From Patescibacteria group bacterium (lineage in GTDB: Bacteria; Patescibacteriota; Patescibacteriia; Patescibacteriales; UBA12465), in NCBI GenBank assembly GCA_049294415.1, contig JBAQCS010000037.1, positions 1 to 45,571 on the forward strand: a stretch of DNA of 45,571 nt. Reading direction: 5' to 3'. Shown here piece by piece: positions 7,646 to 17,656 of the stretch. Each line of letters begins with the position of its first letter. The first letter of the stretch is position 1. The notes under the pieces were generated by a model, which made no database searches, was not told the DNA's origin, and was given only the letters and a program-made list of their open reading frames with translations. A program made the position numbers and the translations under genes.

Positions 7646-8644
7646 TTATTGAGCACAACCAGCGGCTGCGGCTCCACCAGTAGCAGCACCTTCACCAAAT
7701 CCAGCAGCTGGAGTAGCTGAAGAAAGAGATGTTTCACATTCTTTTGGTTGATTATTAAAGGCTGCACAAATAGTCTTTAATAAGCTAGCACTATCACGAC
7801 CAGATTGAGCCTCTGTACCGTTGATAATTAAAGTTGGAGAACCACCTACACTGTATTTAGTATTATCTTCTTTTTGAACATTGAATCCAGGGAAAGTACC
7901 ACGGAAATCTTTGTTGTTTTTGAAGTTATCTAGAACACTGTAAGTTTTGTCTGTTTTAGCAACACAAGCAGCTAATTTGTCTGTATCAACATTAGCTTCA
8001 TTAAGACAAGTAGCACTTTGAGTCTCATCTTTTAAGAAACAAGTTAAATATTTAGCATATTTAGCATTTTGTTCTTTTTGAACACAATATTGAGTTAAAC
8101 TTTCTTTAAGTTCTTTTTCACCATGCATAGCATAGTCATTAAACTTAATAGAGAAATTAATTTTATTTCCTAAAGCAGCAACTACAGGTAAGATACCTTT
8201 TTCCATTTGAGTACCGTATGGGCAATGAGTCATTACGAATAATTCAACAACTGGTTTATCAGTCTTAGGTAAATTTTCTGGAGTAGCTGGAGTATTAGCA
8301 GCTTGATCGCCGCCAGCAGCAGCTTCAGTTGATTCACCGGTCTTCATAGCTTGAGGGAAGAATAATTTACCATCAAGAGTAGCGTATGATTCAACTTTTT
8401 GGTCACTACCAATATTTACCATTACTTTATAAAGACCATTTTCTTTAGTAACGCTGTCAATTTTAGCAGTAGCGCCAGGAGCCATTAAATTAGCGTTGAT
8501 ATAGTTTTCAAGGACAGTTTTAACAGCCTCAGGTTTTAGATTACCTTTGCCTTTGAATAAAAGAGTAGCCCCTAGAGCAATAAGGATAATAGCGACAAGC
8601 GCAATTGAACCAAAAATAATTTGCTTCTTCATTTTTTGTTTCAT
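7646..8644 (-). CDS. secreted or membrane-anchored thioredoxin-fold (DsbA-like) protein
   Basis: N-terminal TM/signal anchor. ELFVMTHCPYGTQ resembles a thioredoxin-fold active-site region, but as monothiol CPYG. Several further Cys pairs and a Gly/Ala-rich C-terminus. Confidence 0.45.
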   Translation of the reverse strand: MKQKMKKQIIFGSIALVAIILIALGATLLFKGKGNLKPEAVKTVLENYINANLMAPGATAKIDSVTKENGLYKVMVNIGSDQKVESYATLDGKLFFPQAMKTGESTEAAAGGDQAANTPATPENLPKTDKPVVELFVMTHCPYGTQMEKGILPVVAALGNKINFSIKFNDYAMHGEKELKESLTQYCVQKEQNAKYAKYLTCFLKDETQSATCLNEANVDTDKLAACVAKTDKTYSVLDNFKNNKDFRGTFPGFNVQKEDNTKYSVGGSPTLIINGTEAQSGRDSASLLKTICAAFNNQPKECETSLSSATPAAGFGEGAATGGAAAAGCAQ

Positions 8645-8730
8645 AATTTTTTAAATTAATTTTTTATAATCTTTGTCTATTATAGCTGAAAATAAAGTAG
8701 TCGTCAAAAGAAAATAACGGATTTAAACCG

Positions 8731-9501
8731 TTATTTTAGCTTATTTAAAAAGTCGTCTAATTCCTTCGGTAATTCAATAGTATACAATTGTTTATTACCG
8801 TCTAAATCCTTAAAACCTAGTTCTTTGGAAACTAAGAATAAACGGTTTAAGCCAGACTTCTCGTTGCGTACCTTAGTCTTTTTAGTAAAATATAAGGGGT
8901 CGCCAAGTAAAGGACAGCCATAAGCAAACATATGAACTCTAATTTGGTGAGTACGACCAGTTTTAATTTTAACTTCTAATAAAGTGTAATTAACAAAACG
9001 TTTTAGTACTTCAAAATTAGTAATAGCTTCCTTGGATTGATCTTGGGCTTTTAAAATACCACGGTCGCGGTTACCAATTTTATTTTTATCAGTGATGGTA
9101 TCTGAGACACTAGGCAAAGCTGCCATTTTATAACCATCGCGAGATCTTCTAATTGGAAAATTAATAACATCTTCTTCTTTACTAATTTTACCGTGAGCTA
9201 AAGCAATATATTTTTTAGTAACGCGTCTAGCTTGAAATTGTTTTTTTAGATATTCAAAAGCTTTGTTATGTTTAGCCACTACCATCAAGCCACATGCTTC
9301 TTTATCAAGACGATGAACTAACCCAGGACGTAATGGGTCATCACCAACTTTCTCAATTTTAGGATATTTCTTTTTTAACCAATCAACTAAGGTTTCCTCT
9401 TCGATAGTAGGTCCTCCATGAGAAATTAAACCAGCCGGCTTATTAAGCACTAGATAATCATCATTCTCAAAAACAATAGTCGGCTCCAATTCTTTAGTCA
9501 T
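8731..9501 (-). CDS. RluA-family pseudouridine synthase (no S4 domain)
   Basis: HRLDKEACGLMVVAK (catalytic Asp block), GRTHQIRVHM. Confidence 0.88.
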   Translation of the reverse strand: MTKELEPTIVFENDDYLVLNKPAGLISHGGPTIEEETLVDWLKKKYPKIEKVGDDPLRPGLVHRLDKEACGLMVVAKHNKAFEYLKKQFQARRVTKKYIALAHGKISKEEDVINFPIRRSRDGYKMAALPSVSDTITDKNKIGNRDRGILKAQDQSKEAITNFEVLKRFVNYTLLEVKIKTGRTHQIRVHMFAYGCPLLGDPLYFTKKTKVRNEKSGLNRLFLVSKELGFKDLDGNKQLYTIELPKELDDFLNKLK

Positions 9502-9502
9502 A

Positions 9503-10954
9503 TTATTTTTTGTTTAATAAGATTTGTAAGTCGTTTTTAGTAATGCCTTTTAGTAGATATAGTATAGCAAAATATATGATACCCGATAAGGCTATGCCAA
9601 CCAGCAGCCAGGACCAATTATAAAAGTAATGGGAAGGTATTAAATATAAGAATAAACCCATTAAAACAGAGGCTATAATTGACTTGGACACTATTTTAAA
9701 ACTAGGAATAAATTTAGTTTGACGCCAGACTACATAGGCTGATAATAAGGCAATAACTAATTCACTATAAACAGTAGCTGAGGCGGCTCCAAGGTAAGAA
9801 AATTTTGGAATAAGTATTAGATATAATAAGACTGAGCTGATACTAACAAATAGATAATATTTAATCATCTTTTTTTGCTGGTCAATTGCCACTACGGCGT
9901 GAGCAAACATGCAACCTAGAAAAATAGCCAGAATCGCAAAAATTAAAATTTTTAAAATTAAACCACTAGGCGCGAATTCAGCTCCAGCGACTAATACGAC
10001 AATTGGCCTGGCTAGAATTAAAGCCCCGGCAATAATTGGTAGTGACATCAGTGCCATTAAATCAAAAGATTTTTGGAGGGTGATATAGAATAAATCTTTT
10101 TTTTGTTCGAACCAGTAAGCTGTTAAGAGTGGTAGAATAATGCCCGCAAACATAAAAGGTAAAGTGCTAAGTACATCAATAATGCGATAAGCAGCACCAT
10201 ATAAACCAACCTCAGACGGACTTTTAACAAGTGATAAGATTAAAGTATCAGTTTTTAAATATAGTAAATTAAGCACAATCGTAATCGCTAGTGGCCAACT
10301 TTTTTTGATAGTGTCTCCCCAGATTTTTTTATCAAAGCTTGGTCTTAAACCAATAAATTTTAAAGCTAATAAATAACTGATTAAAAAATTAGCAGCTGCA
10401 CTGATAACGCTGGCCCATAAAATACCATTCAAACCATAGTTAAATTTAATTGATAAATAAATACCGACAATTAAAATTACGCGGCTGACATTTTCAGCTA
10501 TCACAGCTTTATCCATTCTTAATTTCTTTTGAAAGAGGCCGATTAAAACTTGGCTTAAAGATGGAAATAAAAAAGAACTGGCGGCAATTAAAATACCAGT
10601 TTTAACAGCTAAGGAATAAGGTAAAAATAAAGCCACTAGTGGTGCTAGCCCAATAAATAAAATAATAGAGACTAGTCTTAAACCGAATAAATTATTAAGA
10701 ACTTTTTTTTCATCAACGCCCGGGATACTAATCATTTGAACTGTTACTAAAGTAAGACCTAGATCAGCGATGATAGCAAAGAAAGATAAAAAATTAATAA
10801 CAGCTGTATATTCTCCGAAGCCAGCGCGTCCTAAATATCTAGTCATCATGGCTAGTGAAATAAGACCAAGAGCGGTAGATAAAAATTTACCAACTAATTG
10901 AATGATTGTATTGTGAGCAATTTTAGAAGAGAGTGACATTGGTTTGTGTTTCAA
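9503..10954 (-). CDS. MOP-superfamily flippase (Wzx/MurJ-like polysaccharide or lipid-linked oligosaccharide exporter)
   Basis: 483 aa, about 12-14 predicted TM helices. The N-terminal SSKIAHNTIIQLVGKFLS pattern is typical of polysaccharide biosynthesis flippases. Confidence 0.6.
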   Translation of the reverse strand: MKHKPMSLSSKIAHNTIIQLVGKFLSTALGLISLAMMTRYLGRAGFGEYTAVINFLSFFAIIADLGLTLVTVQMISIPGVDEKKVLNNLFGLRLVSIILFIGLAPLVALFLPYSLAVKTGILIAASSFLFPSLSQVLIGLFQKKLRMDKAVIAENVSRVILIVGIYLSIKFNYGLNGILWASVISAAANFLISYLLALKFIGLRPSFDKKIWGDTIKKSWPLAITIVLNLLYLKTDTLILSLVKSPSEVGLYGAAYRIIDVLSTLPFMFAGIILPLLTAYWFEQKKDLFYITLQKSFDLMALMSLPIIAGALILARPIVVLVAGAEFAPSGLILKILIFAILAIFLGCMFAHAVVAIDQQKKMIKYYLFVSISSVLLYLILIPKFSYLGAASATVYSELVIALLSAYVVWRQTKFIPSFKIVSKSIIASVLMGLFLYLIPSHYFYNWSWLLVGIALSGIIYFAILYLLKGITKNDLQILLNKK

Positions 10955-11005
10955 ATGATTTTTACGTATAATTAAGACAAGATACGATAATTATATCAAA
11001 CTAAT

Positions 11006-11440
11006 ATGTTTATTACTAAAAAACAAGTAGCATCTTTCATCTTTGTTTTAATCTTAGGAGTTTTACAGCTTAGCTCACTATTTGCAATTAGACCAGCTCA
11101 AGCTGATGAATCATTACTTAGTCAACAACCCTTATTAAAACAGGTTGGTGATCGCACTTATGGTGCTAACCAAAAGGATGTGCAGCTACTAGCAGTTGAT
11201 ATTATTAAAGTAGCTTTAACTTTTTTGGGTATTATTTTTCTAGGATTACTGTTATTTGCTGGTTTTAAATGGATGACTTCGGGTGGTAATGAAAAAACCA
11301 TTGAAGATTCAATAGGTCAGATTAAGGCGGCTGTCATTGGATTATTGTTAGTTTTAGCGGCCTGGGGAATAACCACTTATGTTGTCAAACTGTTGATTTG
11401 TGTCACCACTGCCTCAGGAACGGTCTGTAAATTCAAATAA
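11006..11440 (+). CDS. small secreted two-TM protein, TrbC/VirB2-like pilin candidate
   Basis: Signal peptide ending AQA-D, then two hydrophobic helices flanking GFKWMTSGGNEKTIEDSIGQIKAAVIGL. This layout is typical of T4SS-type pilins common in CPR and Mollicutes. Confidence 0.45.
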   Translation: MFITKKQVASFIFVLILGVLQLSSLFAIRPAQADESLLSQQPLLKQVGDRTYGANQKDVQLLAVDIIKVALTFLGIIFLGLLLFAGFKWMTSGGNEKTIEDSIGQIKAAVIGLLLVLAAWGITTYVVKLLICVTTASGTVCKFK

Positions 11441-11566
11441 CTTTGACAAAACTGTAAAATTTGCTATTATATAGGCAGAAAGCTAGTTGTTAATACAATT
11501 AGCTTTTTCTATAATTATCAATCAAAAGGGCTACTTTTTTAGGTTAGCCCCTAACAATTTAATAAT

Positions 11567-12829
11567 ATGTCTGAATTATCAGCAGCCATCAAACAGGTGT
11601 GCGAAGAGAAAAATTTAGATTTCAACACGGTTATTTCCACGATTGAGTTAGCGCTAGCAGCTGCTTATCGCAAGGATTACGGTGAAAAAAATCAAAACAT
11701 TAAAGTAAAGTTCGATCCTAATAATGGAACGAGCGAGATTTTTGATGTTAAAACTGTGGTAGAAGATTTGCCGGAGCAAGAAGAAGCAGAAATGCTACAA
11801 CACCTTTATAGCCACCCAGAAAAAGGGGCTAAAGAGGAACAATTTCATTTTGAACCAGAGCTAGATGCTAATGGTCAAGAAATTAAAAAGTTTAATCCTA
11901 AAACTGACATCCAAATTAAAGAAGCTGGTATTTTAAGATCCGGCGCTAAAGTTGGTGATGAAATTATTACTGAATTACCTATTCCAGAAAGTTACGGTCG
12001 TATGGCTGCTCAAACAGCTAAACAAGTTATTATTCAAAAACTAAGAGAAATGGAACGTGATATGATTTTCTCTGAATTTAAAGATAAGGAAAGAGACGTT
12101 GTTTCCGGTATTGTTCAACGCCGTGAAGGCCGTTTAGTTTTTGTTGATTTAGGTAAAGCTATTGGTATTTTACCAGCTGAAGAACAAATTTACGGTGAAA
12201 GATATAATGTTGGTGATCGCGTTAAGGTTTATGTTAAAGAAGTACGCGAAGGACATAAAGGTCCTGAAGTAGTATTATCTCGCCGCAGTGAAGAAATTTT
12301 ACGTAAGATTTTCTATTTAGAAATCCCAGAAGTAGCTAACGGTTTAGTAGAACTTAAGGCTGTGGCTCGTGAAGCTGGTTCTCGTTCTAAGGTAGCTATT
12401 TGGACTGACGCAGAAAATGTTGATCCAGTTGGATCATGCGTTGGTCAACGTGGTTCTAGAATTCAAACTATCATTTCTGAACTTGGTGGTGAAAAGGTTG
12501 ATATCATTGAATATAGCGAGAATCCTGCTAAATTTATTTCTAATGCTTTAGCTCCAGCTAAAATTACCGATATTGAATTAAATGAAAAGGAACATAAAGC
12601 TGTAGTTAAAGTAGCCTCTGATAAATTATCATTAGCTATTGGTAAGAGTGGTCAAAATGTTCGTTTAGCTGCCCACTTAACTGGTTGGAAAATTGATATT
12701 ATTGAAGATGGTGCCGCTGGCCCAGTTTTAATTGATAGTGAAGATCCTAAGGCAGCTGAAGAATTTGAGGAAACTGCTCATGTTGATGCTGAAGAAGCTC
12801 AAGACTTCGAAAAAGAGTTAGCCGAATAA
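11567..12829 (+). CDS. nusA: transcription termination/antitermination factor NusA
   Basis: N-terminal domain, S1 (GIVQRREGRLVFVDLG) and KH1/KH2 (CVGQRGSRIQ, AIGKSGQNVRLA), then an acidic tail. No AR1/AR2 repeats. Confidence 0.95.
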   Translation: MSELSAAIKQVCEEKNLDFNTVISTIELALAAAYRKDYGEKNQNIKVKFDPNNGTSEIFDVKTVVEDLPEQEEAEMLQHLYSHPEKGAKEEQFHFEPELDANGQEIKKFNPKTDIQIKEAGILRSGAKVGDEIITELPIPESYGRMAAQTAKQVIIQKLREMERDMIFSEFKDKERDVVSGIVQRREGRLVFVDLGKAIGILPAEEQIYGERYNVGDRVKVYVKEVREGHKGPEVVLSRRSEEILRKIFYLEIPEVANGLVELKAVAREAGSRSKVAIWTDAENVDPVGSCVGQRGSRIQTIISELGGEKVDIIEYSENPAKFISNALAPAKITDIELNEKEHKAVVKVASDKLSLAIGKSGQNVRLAAHLTGWKIDIIEDGAAGPVLIDSEDPKAAEEFEETAHVDAEEAQDFEKELAE

Positions 12830-12857
12830 TTATCTAAAAATTTAAATAACAAGATTT

Positions 12858-14852
12858 ATGATCAACTTGATTATCTTGGGTAGCGCACTAGCCGCCATTA
12901 TCTATGGAGCTATCGTTATCCGCATGATTCTTAAAATGTCTGATGGTAATGAGCGTATGAAAGAAATCGCTCTAGCTATTCAACAAGGAGCTAGCGCTTT
13001 CTTAAATCGTCAGTATAAAACGGTAGCTATCGTGGCTGCAATTTTATTCTTAGTAGTTGGTTTTATCCCATCTTTAGGTTGGATGACTGCTGCGGCTTTT
13101 TTGGGCGGAGCTATTTTATCAGCTTTAACTGGCTACATCGGTATGTTTGTTAGCGTGCGCGCTAATGTTAGAACTGCTGAAGCTGCTCGTGGCGGTATGC
13201 AAAAAGCCTTAAACGTTGCTGTTTGGGGTGGAAGCGTAACTGGTATGTTAGTAGTTGGTTTAGCTTTAATGGGTACTGCCGGTTTTTATTTCTTAACTCA
13301 TGATTTAAATGCCATTATCGGTTTTGCTTTTGGTAGCTCACTTATCTCCATCTTCGCTCGTTTAGGTGGTGGTATTTATACTAAAGCAGCTGACGTTGGA
13401 GCTGACTTAGTTGGTAAGGTTGAAGCTTCTATTCCAGAAGACGATCCTCGCAACCCAGCTGTAATTGCTGATAACGTTGGTGACAACGTTGGTGATTGTG
13501 CTGGTATGGCTGCTGACTTATTTGAAACTTACGCTGTGACTACTATTGCTACTATGGTTTTAGGTCACTTAATTTTCAAGGGCAATGAAACTATTATTTT
13601 ATTTCCATTAGTTCTTGGCGCTGTTTCTATTATCGCTTCTATCATTGGTATTTTCTTTATCCGTTTAGGAAAAAAACAAAATATCATGGGAGCATTATAC
13701 AAAGGTTTAATCGCTGCTGGTGTACTATCAGCTATCGCTTTTTACTTTGTAACTAATTACTTTATTGTTGAAAATACTTTAAATATTTTCTTTGCTTCTT
13801 TAATTGGTTTAGTAGTAACTGGATTACTAGTTGTTATTACTGAGTATTATACTTCCACAGCTTTCTCTCCAGTTAAATCTATTGCTGAAGCATCACGCAC
13901 TGGTCATGGTACTAACGTGATTGCTGGACTTGCAGTTTCTATGAAATCAACTGCTGCTCCTATTATCGTTATTTGTTTAGCTATTTTAGGTGCTTACTCT
14001 TTAGCTGGTTTATACGGAATCGCTATTGCAGCGATGGCTATGTTATCCATGGCTGGTATCATTGTTACAATTGATGCTTACGGTCCAATTACTGATAATG
14101 CTGGTGGTATCGCTGAAATGGCTGAACTAGGGGACGATGTTAGAAACATCACCGATCCTCTTGATGCAGTTGGTAACACTACTAAAGCTGTAACTAAAGG
14201 TTACGCTATTGGTTCTGCCGCTCTAGCTGCTCTAGTATTATTTGCTGATTTCACTCAGAAGATTAAAGATGGTGGTGGAAGTGCTGAATTCTTAATTGAT
14301 AATCCATACGTTTTAATTGGTTTATTTATTGGCGGACTATTACCATATTTATTTGGTGCTATGGCTATGAAAGCGGTTGGAAAAACTGCTGGATCAGTGG
14401 TAGAAGATGTTCGTGCTCAATTTAAAGAAAAACCAGGTATCATGTTAAATACTGAAAAACCAGATTACGGACGCACCGTTGATATCGTAACTAAAGCAGC
14501 TATTAAAGAAATGATCGTGCCTGCTTTAATTCCAGTTTTAGTACCTATTATTGTAGGCTTTGCTTTCATGTCTCATGGTGTTGAGGCTTTAGCTGGCGTT
14601 CTTGTTGGTTCAATTATTACTGGTTTGTTTGTAGCTATTTCCATGACTTCTGGTGGTGGCGCTTGGGACAATGCTAAAAAATACATTGAACTTGGTAACT
14701 TTGGCGGTAAAGGTTCAGATGCTCACAAGGCAGCTGTAACTGGTGACACAGTTGGTGATCCTTATAAAGACACTGCTGGTCCAGCTATCAACCCAATGAT
14801 TAAAGTATTAAACATTGTAGCCTTGTTAATTGTTGGCTTACTTCTAAAATAA
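12858..14852 (+). CDS. hppA: membrane-bound proton-translocating pyrophosphatase (K+-independent type signature)
   Basis: 664 aa, multi-[33 protein letters not shown]. The [10 protein letters not shown] motif (Lys/Thr version) marks the K+-independent subfamily, as opposed to GNTTAA.GKG. Confidence 0.95.
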   Translation: MINLIILGSALAAIIYGAIVIRMILKMSDGNERMKEIALAIQQGASAFLNRQYKTVAIVAAILFLVVGFIPSLGWMTAAAFLGGAILSALTGYIGMFVSVRANVRTAEAARGGMQKALNVAVWGGSVTGMLVVGLALMGTAGFYFLTHDLNAIIGFAFGSSLISIFARLGGGIYTKAADVGADLVGKVEASIPEDDPRNPAVIADNVGDNVGDCAGMAADLFETYAVTTIATMVLGHLIFKGNETIILFPLVLGAVSIIASIIGIFFIRLGKKQNIMGALYKGLIAAGVLSAIAFYFVTNYFIVENTLNIFFASLIGLVVTGLLVVITEYYTSTAFSPVKSIAEASRTGHGTNVIAGLAVSMKSTAAPIIVICLAILGAYSLAGLYGIAIAAMAMLSMAGIIVTIDAYGPITDNAGGIAEMAELGDDVRNITDPLDAVGNTTKAVTKGYAIGSAALAALVLFADFTQKIKDGGGSAEFLIDNPYVLIGLFIGGLLPYLFGAMAMKAVGKTAGSVVEDVRAQFKEKPGIMLNTEKPDYGRTVDIVTKAAIKEMIVPALIPVLVPIIVGFAFMSHGVEALAGVLVGSIITGLFVAISMTSGGGAWDNAKKYIELGNFGGKGSDAHKAAVTGDTVGDPYKDTAGPAINPMIKVLNIVALLIVGLLLK

Positions 14853-14872
14853 TAATTAGAAAATTGGATAAG

Positions 14873-14905
14873 AAAAAAGCCGTCTCATTGTGAGGCGGCT
14901 TTTTG
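14873..14905. terminator. bidirectional rho-independent terminator
   Basis: A-run, then GCCGTCTCA/TGAGGCGGC hairpin (14879-14900), then T-run. It sits between convergent hppA and 14917..15357. Confidence 0.7.
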
Positions 14906-14916
14906 TAAGAGTGACA

Positions 14917-15357
14917 TTATTTACCAACTAACTCCGTGATAGCTTCCCAGTAGATGGGATGAAAAAAATTAATAAATTCACCGGGGGTGAGATTTAAATC
15001 GCGATTTTCTTCATTGAGCTTATCAACTGTGTTAATAAAGTAACGAGTCCAGATGACAGGGCTAACGGCCAGTTGTTTTATTTTGTCTTTAACAACTAAC
15101 AGCATAACATTTTCAATAACTATTTCTCCTTGAATAGAATCTTCAAGACGCTTGGGTAGTGCTTCTGATGTGATGCGACAGTAAGAAGTCATAATGGCGG
15201 CGTACAAATCATAACTTCGGCATTCGATGTCCAGTTCCGGTTCGTCGAGGCGAATGTCTTCTTGGCTGCTAATAGAATTTTTTTCGATAATTTCTTTTCT
15301 AACGTAGTTGTCAAAAAAGGCTTTTAAAATTTGTTCTTGTCTTTCAGTTAGTTCCAT
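14917..15357 (-). CDS. hypothetical helical protein, member 3 of a tandem paralog trio
   Basis: Shares ERxxxILKAxFxxYVxKxLIEK at the N-terminus and LxxGELxxFxxPxYxExxxExxx at the C-terminus with 15370..15843 and 16043..16480. Confidence 0.6.
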   Translation of the reverse strand: MELTERQEQILKAFFDNYVRKEIIEKNSISSQEDIRLDEPELDIECRSYDLYAAIMTSYCRITSEALPKRLEDSIQGEIVIENVMLLVVKDKIKQLAVSPVIWTRYFINTVDKLNEENRDLNLTPGEFINFFHPIYWEAITELVGK

Positions 15358-15369
15358 GATGATGGTGTT

Positions 15370-15843
15370 TTAAAAGTTGGGAATGAGTTTTAATCTGTCA
15401 AAAATTTCTGTGACGACTTCTAAATAGAGAGGCCCAAGAAAGGCGGCTAGCTCTCCGCTCATTAAATCTAATTCGCGGTCATTTTCATTAAGCTCTTCAG
15501 CTAAATTATGAATTGATGGCTCGAAATAAATTAAGCGGGTCCGTAAATTTTTAAGCTTATGTTTTATAGCTAAAATCATTACGTCAGTCACTTGTTGTTC
15601 TTCGGCTAAATCTTTAAACCGCTTAGCTGGTAATTCAGTGTTATTAATTTTACAGGCAGCGGCTTCAATGGCAATAAACAAATAAGTTTGTTCACAATTT
15701 AATAATTTAGCGAAGGTCACTAGTTCGGTTAGATTAGTGCTCTCGCCATCTCTAATTAATTTTTTTTCAATCAGATCTTTTTTAACAAAATAATTAAAAA
15801 CTGCTTTGAGAATTTCTCGGTGTCTTTCGGGGCTCAGTTTCAT
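15370..15843 (-). CDS. hypothetical helical protein, member 2 of a tandem paralog trio
   Basis: Paralog pattern as above. It has its own minus-strand promoter (TTGACT...) and a CAATATTT-N6-AAATATTG inverted repeat in the leader. Confidence 0.6.
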   Translation of the reverse strand: MKLSPERHREILKAVFNYFVKKDLIEKKLIRDGESTNLTELVTFAKLLNCEQTYLFIAIEAAACKINNTELPAKRFKDLAEEQQVTDVMILAIKHKLKNLRTRLIYFEPSIHNLAEELNENDRELDLMSGELAAFLGPLYLEVVTEIFDRLKLIPNF

Positions 15844-15916
15844 GTTTAATATTTTTAAGGTTCAACAATATTTCTAGTTAAATATTGTAATAATATAAGA
15901 CAAAAGTCAATAAAAG

Positions 15917-15943
15917 AAAAAAGCCTCCGAGTTATTCGAAGGC
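15917..15943 (-). terminator. rho-independent terminator (minus strand)
   Basis: On the minus strand, GCCTTCGA-ATAA-CTCGGAGGC (8 bp including GU) is followed by UUUUUU (plus-strand A-run 15917-15922). Confidence 0.65.
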
Positions 15944-16042
15944 TTATCAGCGATGAGGAGCTGTTCTTGTTCTCTAACCAGTCTTGAAGAGGGTTAGAAT
16001 TACCAGTTTAGGGAGTAAGACTCCACCTAGATCGCTAGAGAG

Positions 16043-16480
16043 TTAAAATCCAAAAACTTCATCGATTACCTCTACGTAAATAGGGTAAACGTATTGAAAC
16101 AGTTCGGCTGTTTTCAAATGCAGACCGGGGTATCTTTCATTGATATCCGCAGTAACATTGCCGAATTCCCGTTTGAAGTTTTTGAGAGGCACTGAGATTT
16201 CTTTAATGCGGTATTTAGCAACCGCTAATAACACCGCTGCTTCTTCTTCGGGCGGTAAAGTTTCTTTAGGCTGATCAGAGATAAGTCGTCGGCAGGCCAT
16301 CATAATAGCAATTGATAGAGAATGGGCCTTGCATCCAACTTCTTTGGCGGCGTTGTTTAGGTAGCGGATTTCGATTTTACCGTCTTCACCAACCAAGCCT
16401 TCGTTAATCAGTTTGTCGAGCACATACAGGTCAAAGGCTGCCCGAGCAATCTGCCTTCTTCTTTTAGGAATCAGATTCAT
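16043..16480 (-). CDS. hypothetical helical protein, member 1 of a tandem paralog trio
   Basis: Paralog pattern as above (RRQIARAAFDLYVLDKLINEG ... AELFQYVYPIYVEVIDEVFGF). Confidence 0.6.
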   Translation of the reverse strand: MNLIPKRRRQIARAAFDLYVLDKLINEGLVGEDGKIEIRYLNNAAKEVGCKAHSLSIAIMMACRRLISDQPKETLPPEEEAAVLLAVAKYRIKEISVPLKNFKREFGNVTADINERYPGLHLKTAELFQYVYPIYVEVIDEVFGF

Positions 16481-16632
16481 TTTTTCAAGTTTTTAAAATA
16501 CTTACTAACACTATCGCTTTCTATAATACAATAAAATAAGCAAAAAGTCAAGATTAGCTCTTTACAATTATAGTCACTGGTGGCAAGATAAGAAGAATTA
16601 ATCGAACATTAACAATTTAATACGATAAAGAA

Positions 16633-17091
16633 ATGAAAATTAGTTCAAGGGAGAAAAAAATTTTTCTCTATAGCTTGCTATTTTTAGCAGCTAGTTTTGT
16701 ATTAGCAATTTTGGCTAATATTTGGTTTACCTTTAATGAATCTTCCAGATCATTTAATATCTTTGTGGCTGGTTACAGTGTCGGATTTTTGGGCTTTTCT
16801 GGCTTAGTGGCGATTGCGGCTGGTAAATTTCTATCCAGATTAAATCGTAACGGTATTTTAACAGCCTTATCTTTTTATGTGATTTTAGCGATACCGAGCA
16901 ATTATATGTTCTGGTTGCTGTTAGGACTACTTATTAAAAAGTTGCCAAAGATATTATTAGATCTAGTTACTTACACTGATGGCAAACAATTAGCCATTTC
17001 CGCACTTAGCACCTTAATAGTGCTTATTAGCTCAACTATTTGGTTCTTTTTGGCCAGAAAACGGCGCAAGAATCGAAAATTAAACAGTTAA
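16633..17091 (+). CDS. hypothetical 4-TM membrane protein (paralog pair, member 1)
   Basis: SREKKIFLYSLLFLAASFVLAILANIWFTFNES aligns with the start of 17118..17585. Basic C-terminal tail. Confidence 0.6.
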   Translation: MKISSREKKIFLYSLLFLAASFVLAILANIWFTFNESSRSFNIFVAGYSVGFLGFSGLVAIAAGKFLSRLNRNGILTALSFYVILAIPSNYMFWLLLGLLIKKLPKILLDLVTYTDGKQLAISALSTLIVLISSTIWFFLARKRRKNRKLNS

Positions 17092-17117
17092 ACATTAACA
17101 ATTTTACATTTTGCGAC

Positions 17118-17585
17118 ATGGAAGTTAGTTTAAGAGAAAAAAGATTTTATATTATTAGTTTTGCGCTAATGATAGTCGGTTGTTTAGTAGGATTAATTGC
17201 TAACACCTGGTATGCCTTCACGGAATCTCCGGAATCAGTTAAATTGATGAATAGTGCTTATTTGTTTTGTTTTTTGGGTTGTTCAGTTTTAATTTCTATC
17301 TTTTTAGGTAGATTAATAGCTAACATAAGCGATGAAACAGATATTTTGGCGGCCATGGTTATCTTTATGATAACGGCTGGACCGGCTAGTACCATGACTT
17401 GTTTATTTACCAGGCTACTAATTGAACCAACCCATCAAAGCCTAGCTTTTCTAATAGATGAGCACATGTGTTTCTTGTCTTTTGCTTTTCCATTATCTTT
17501 ATCACTTATGTCCTTTTTATGGTTTCTTTCCGCAAAAAAATTGCGAAAAAGAAAGCTACTGCTTAACCCGACTAGCCAAAACTAG
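17118..17585 (+). CDS. hypothetical 4-TM membrane protein (paralog pair, member 2)
   Basis: I chose the ATG at 17118 (MEVSLREKRFYIISFALMIVGCLVGLIANTWYAFTES) by alignment with its paralog. The track start 17040 overlaps the preceding gene. Confidence 0.6.
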   Translation: MEVSLREKRFYIISFALMIVGCLVGLIANTWYAFTESPESVKLMNSAYLFCFLGCSVLISIFLGRLIANISDETDILAAMVIFMITAGPASTMTCLFTRLLIEPTHQSLAFLIDEHMCFLSFAFPLSLSLMSFLWFLSAKKLRKRKLLLNPTSQN

Positions 17586-17656
17586 CGGGTTTTTTGTATT
17601 GATTTTTATGCTATAAATGCTATTATATAAATTCATAAACTAGTTAAATAAAAATT

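Noticed and set aside
15949-16036. SRP (4.5S) RNA as the identity of the GC-rich hairpin element
   Set aside because: The length and long-hairpin shape fit. However, neither strand shows the conserved domain IV features (GNAR apical loop with flanking AGCA/GGAA-type loops), so I kept it only as an unassigned structured element.
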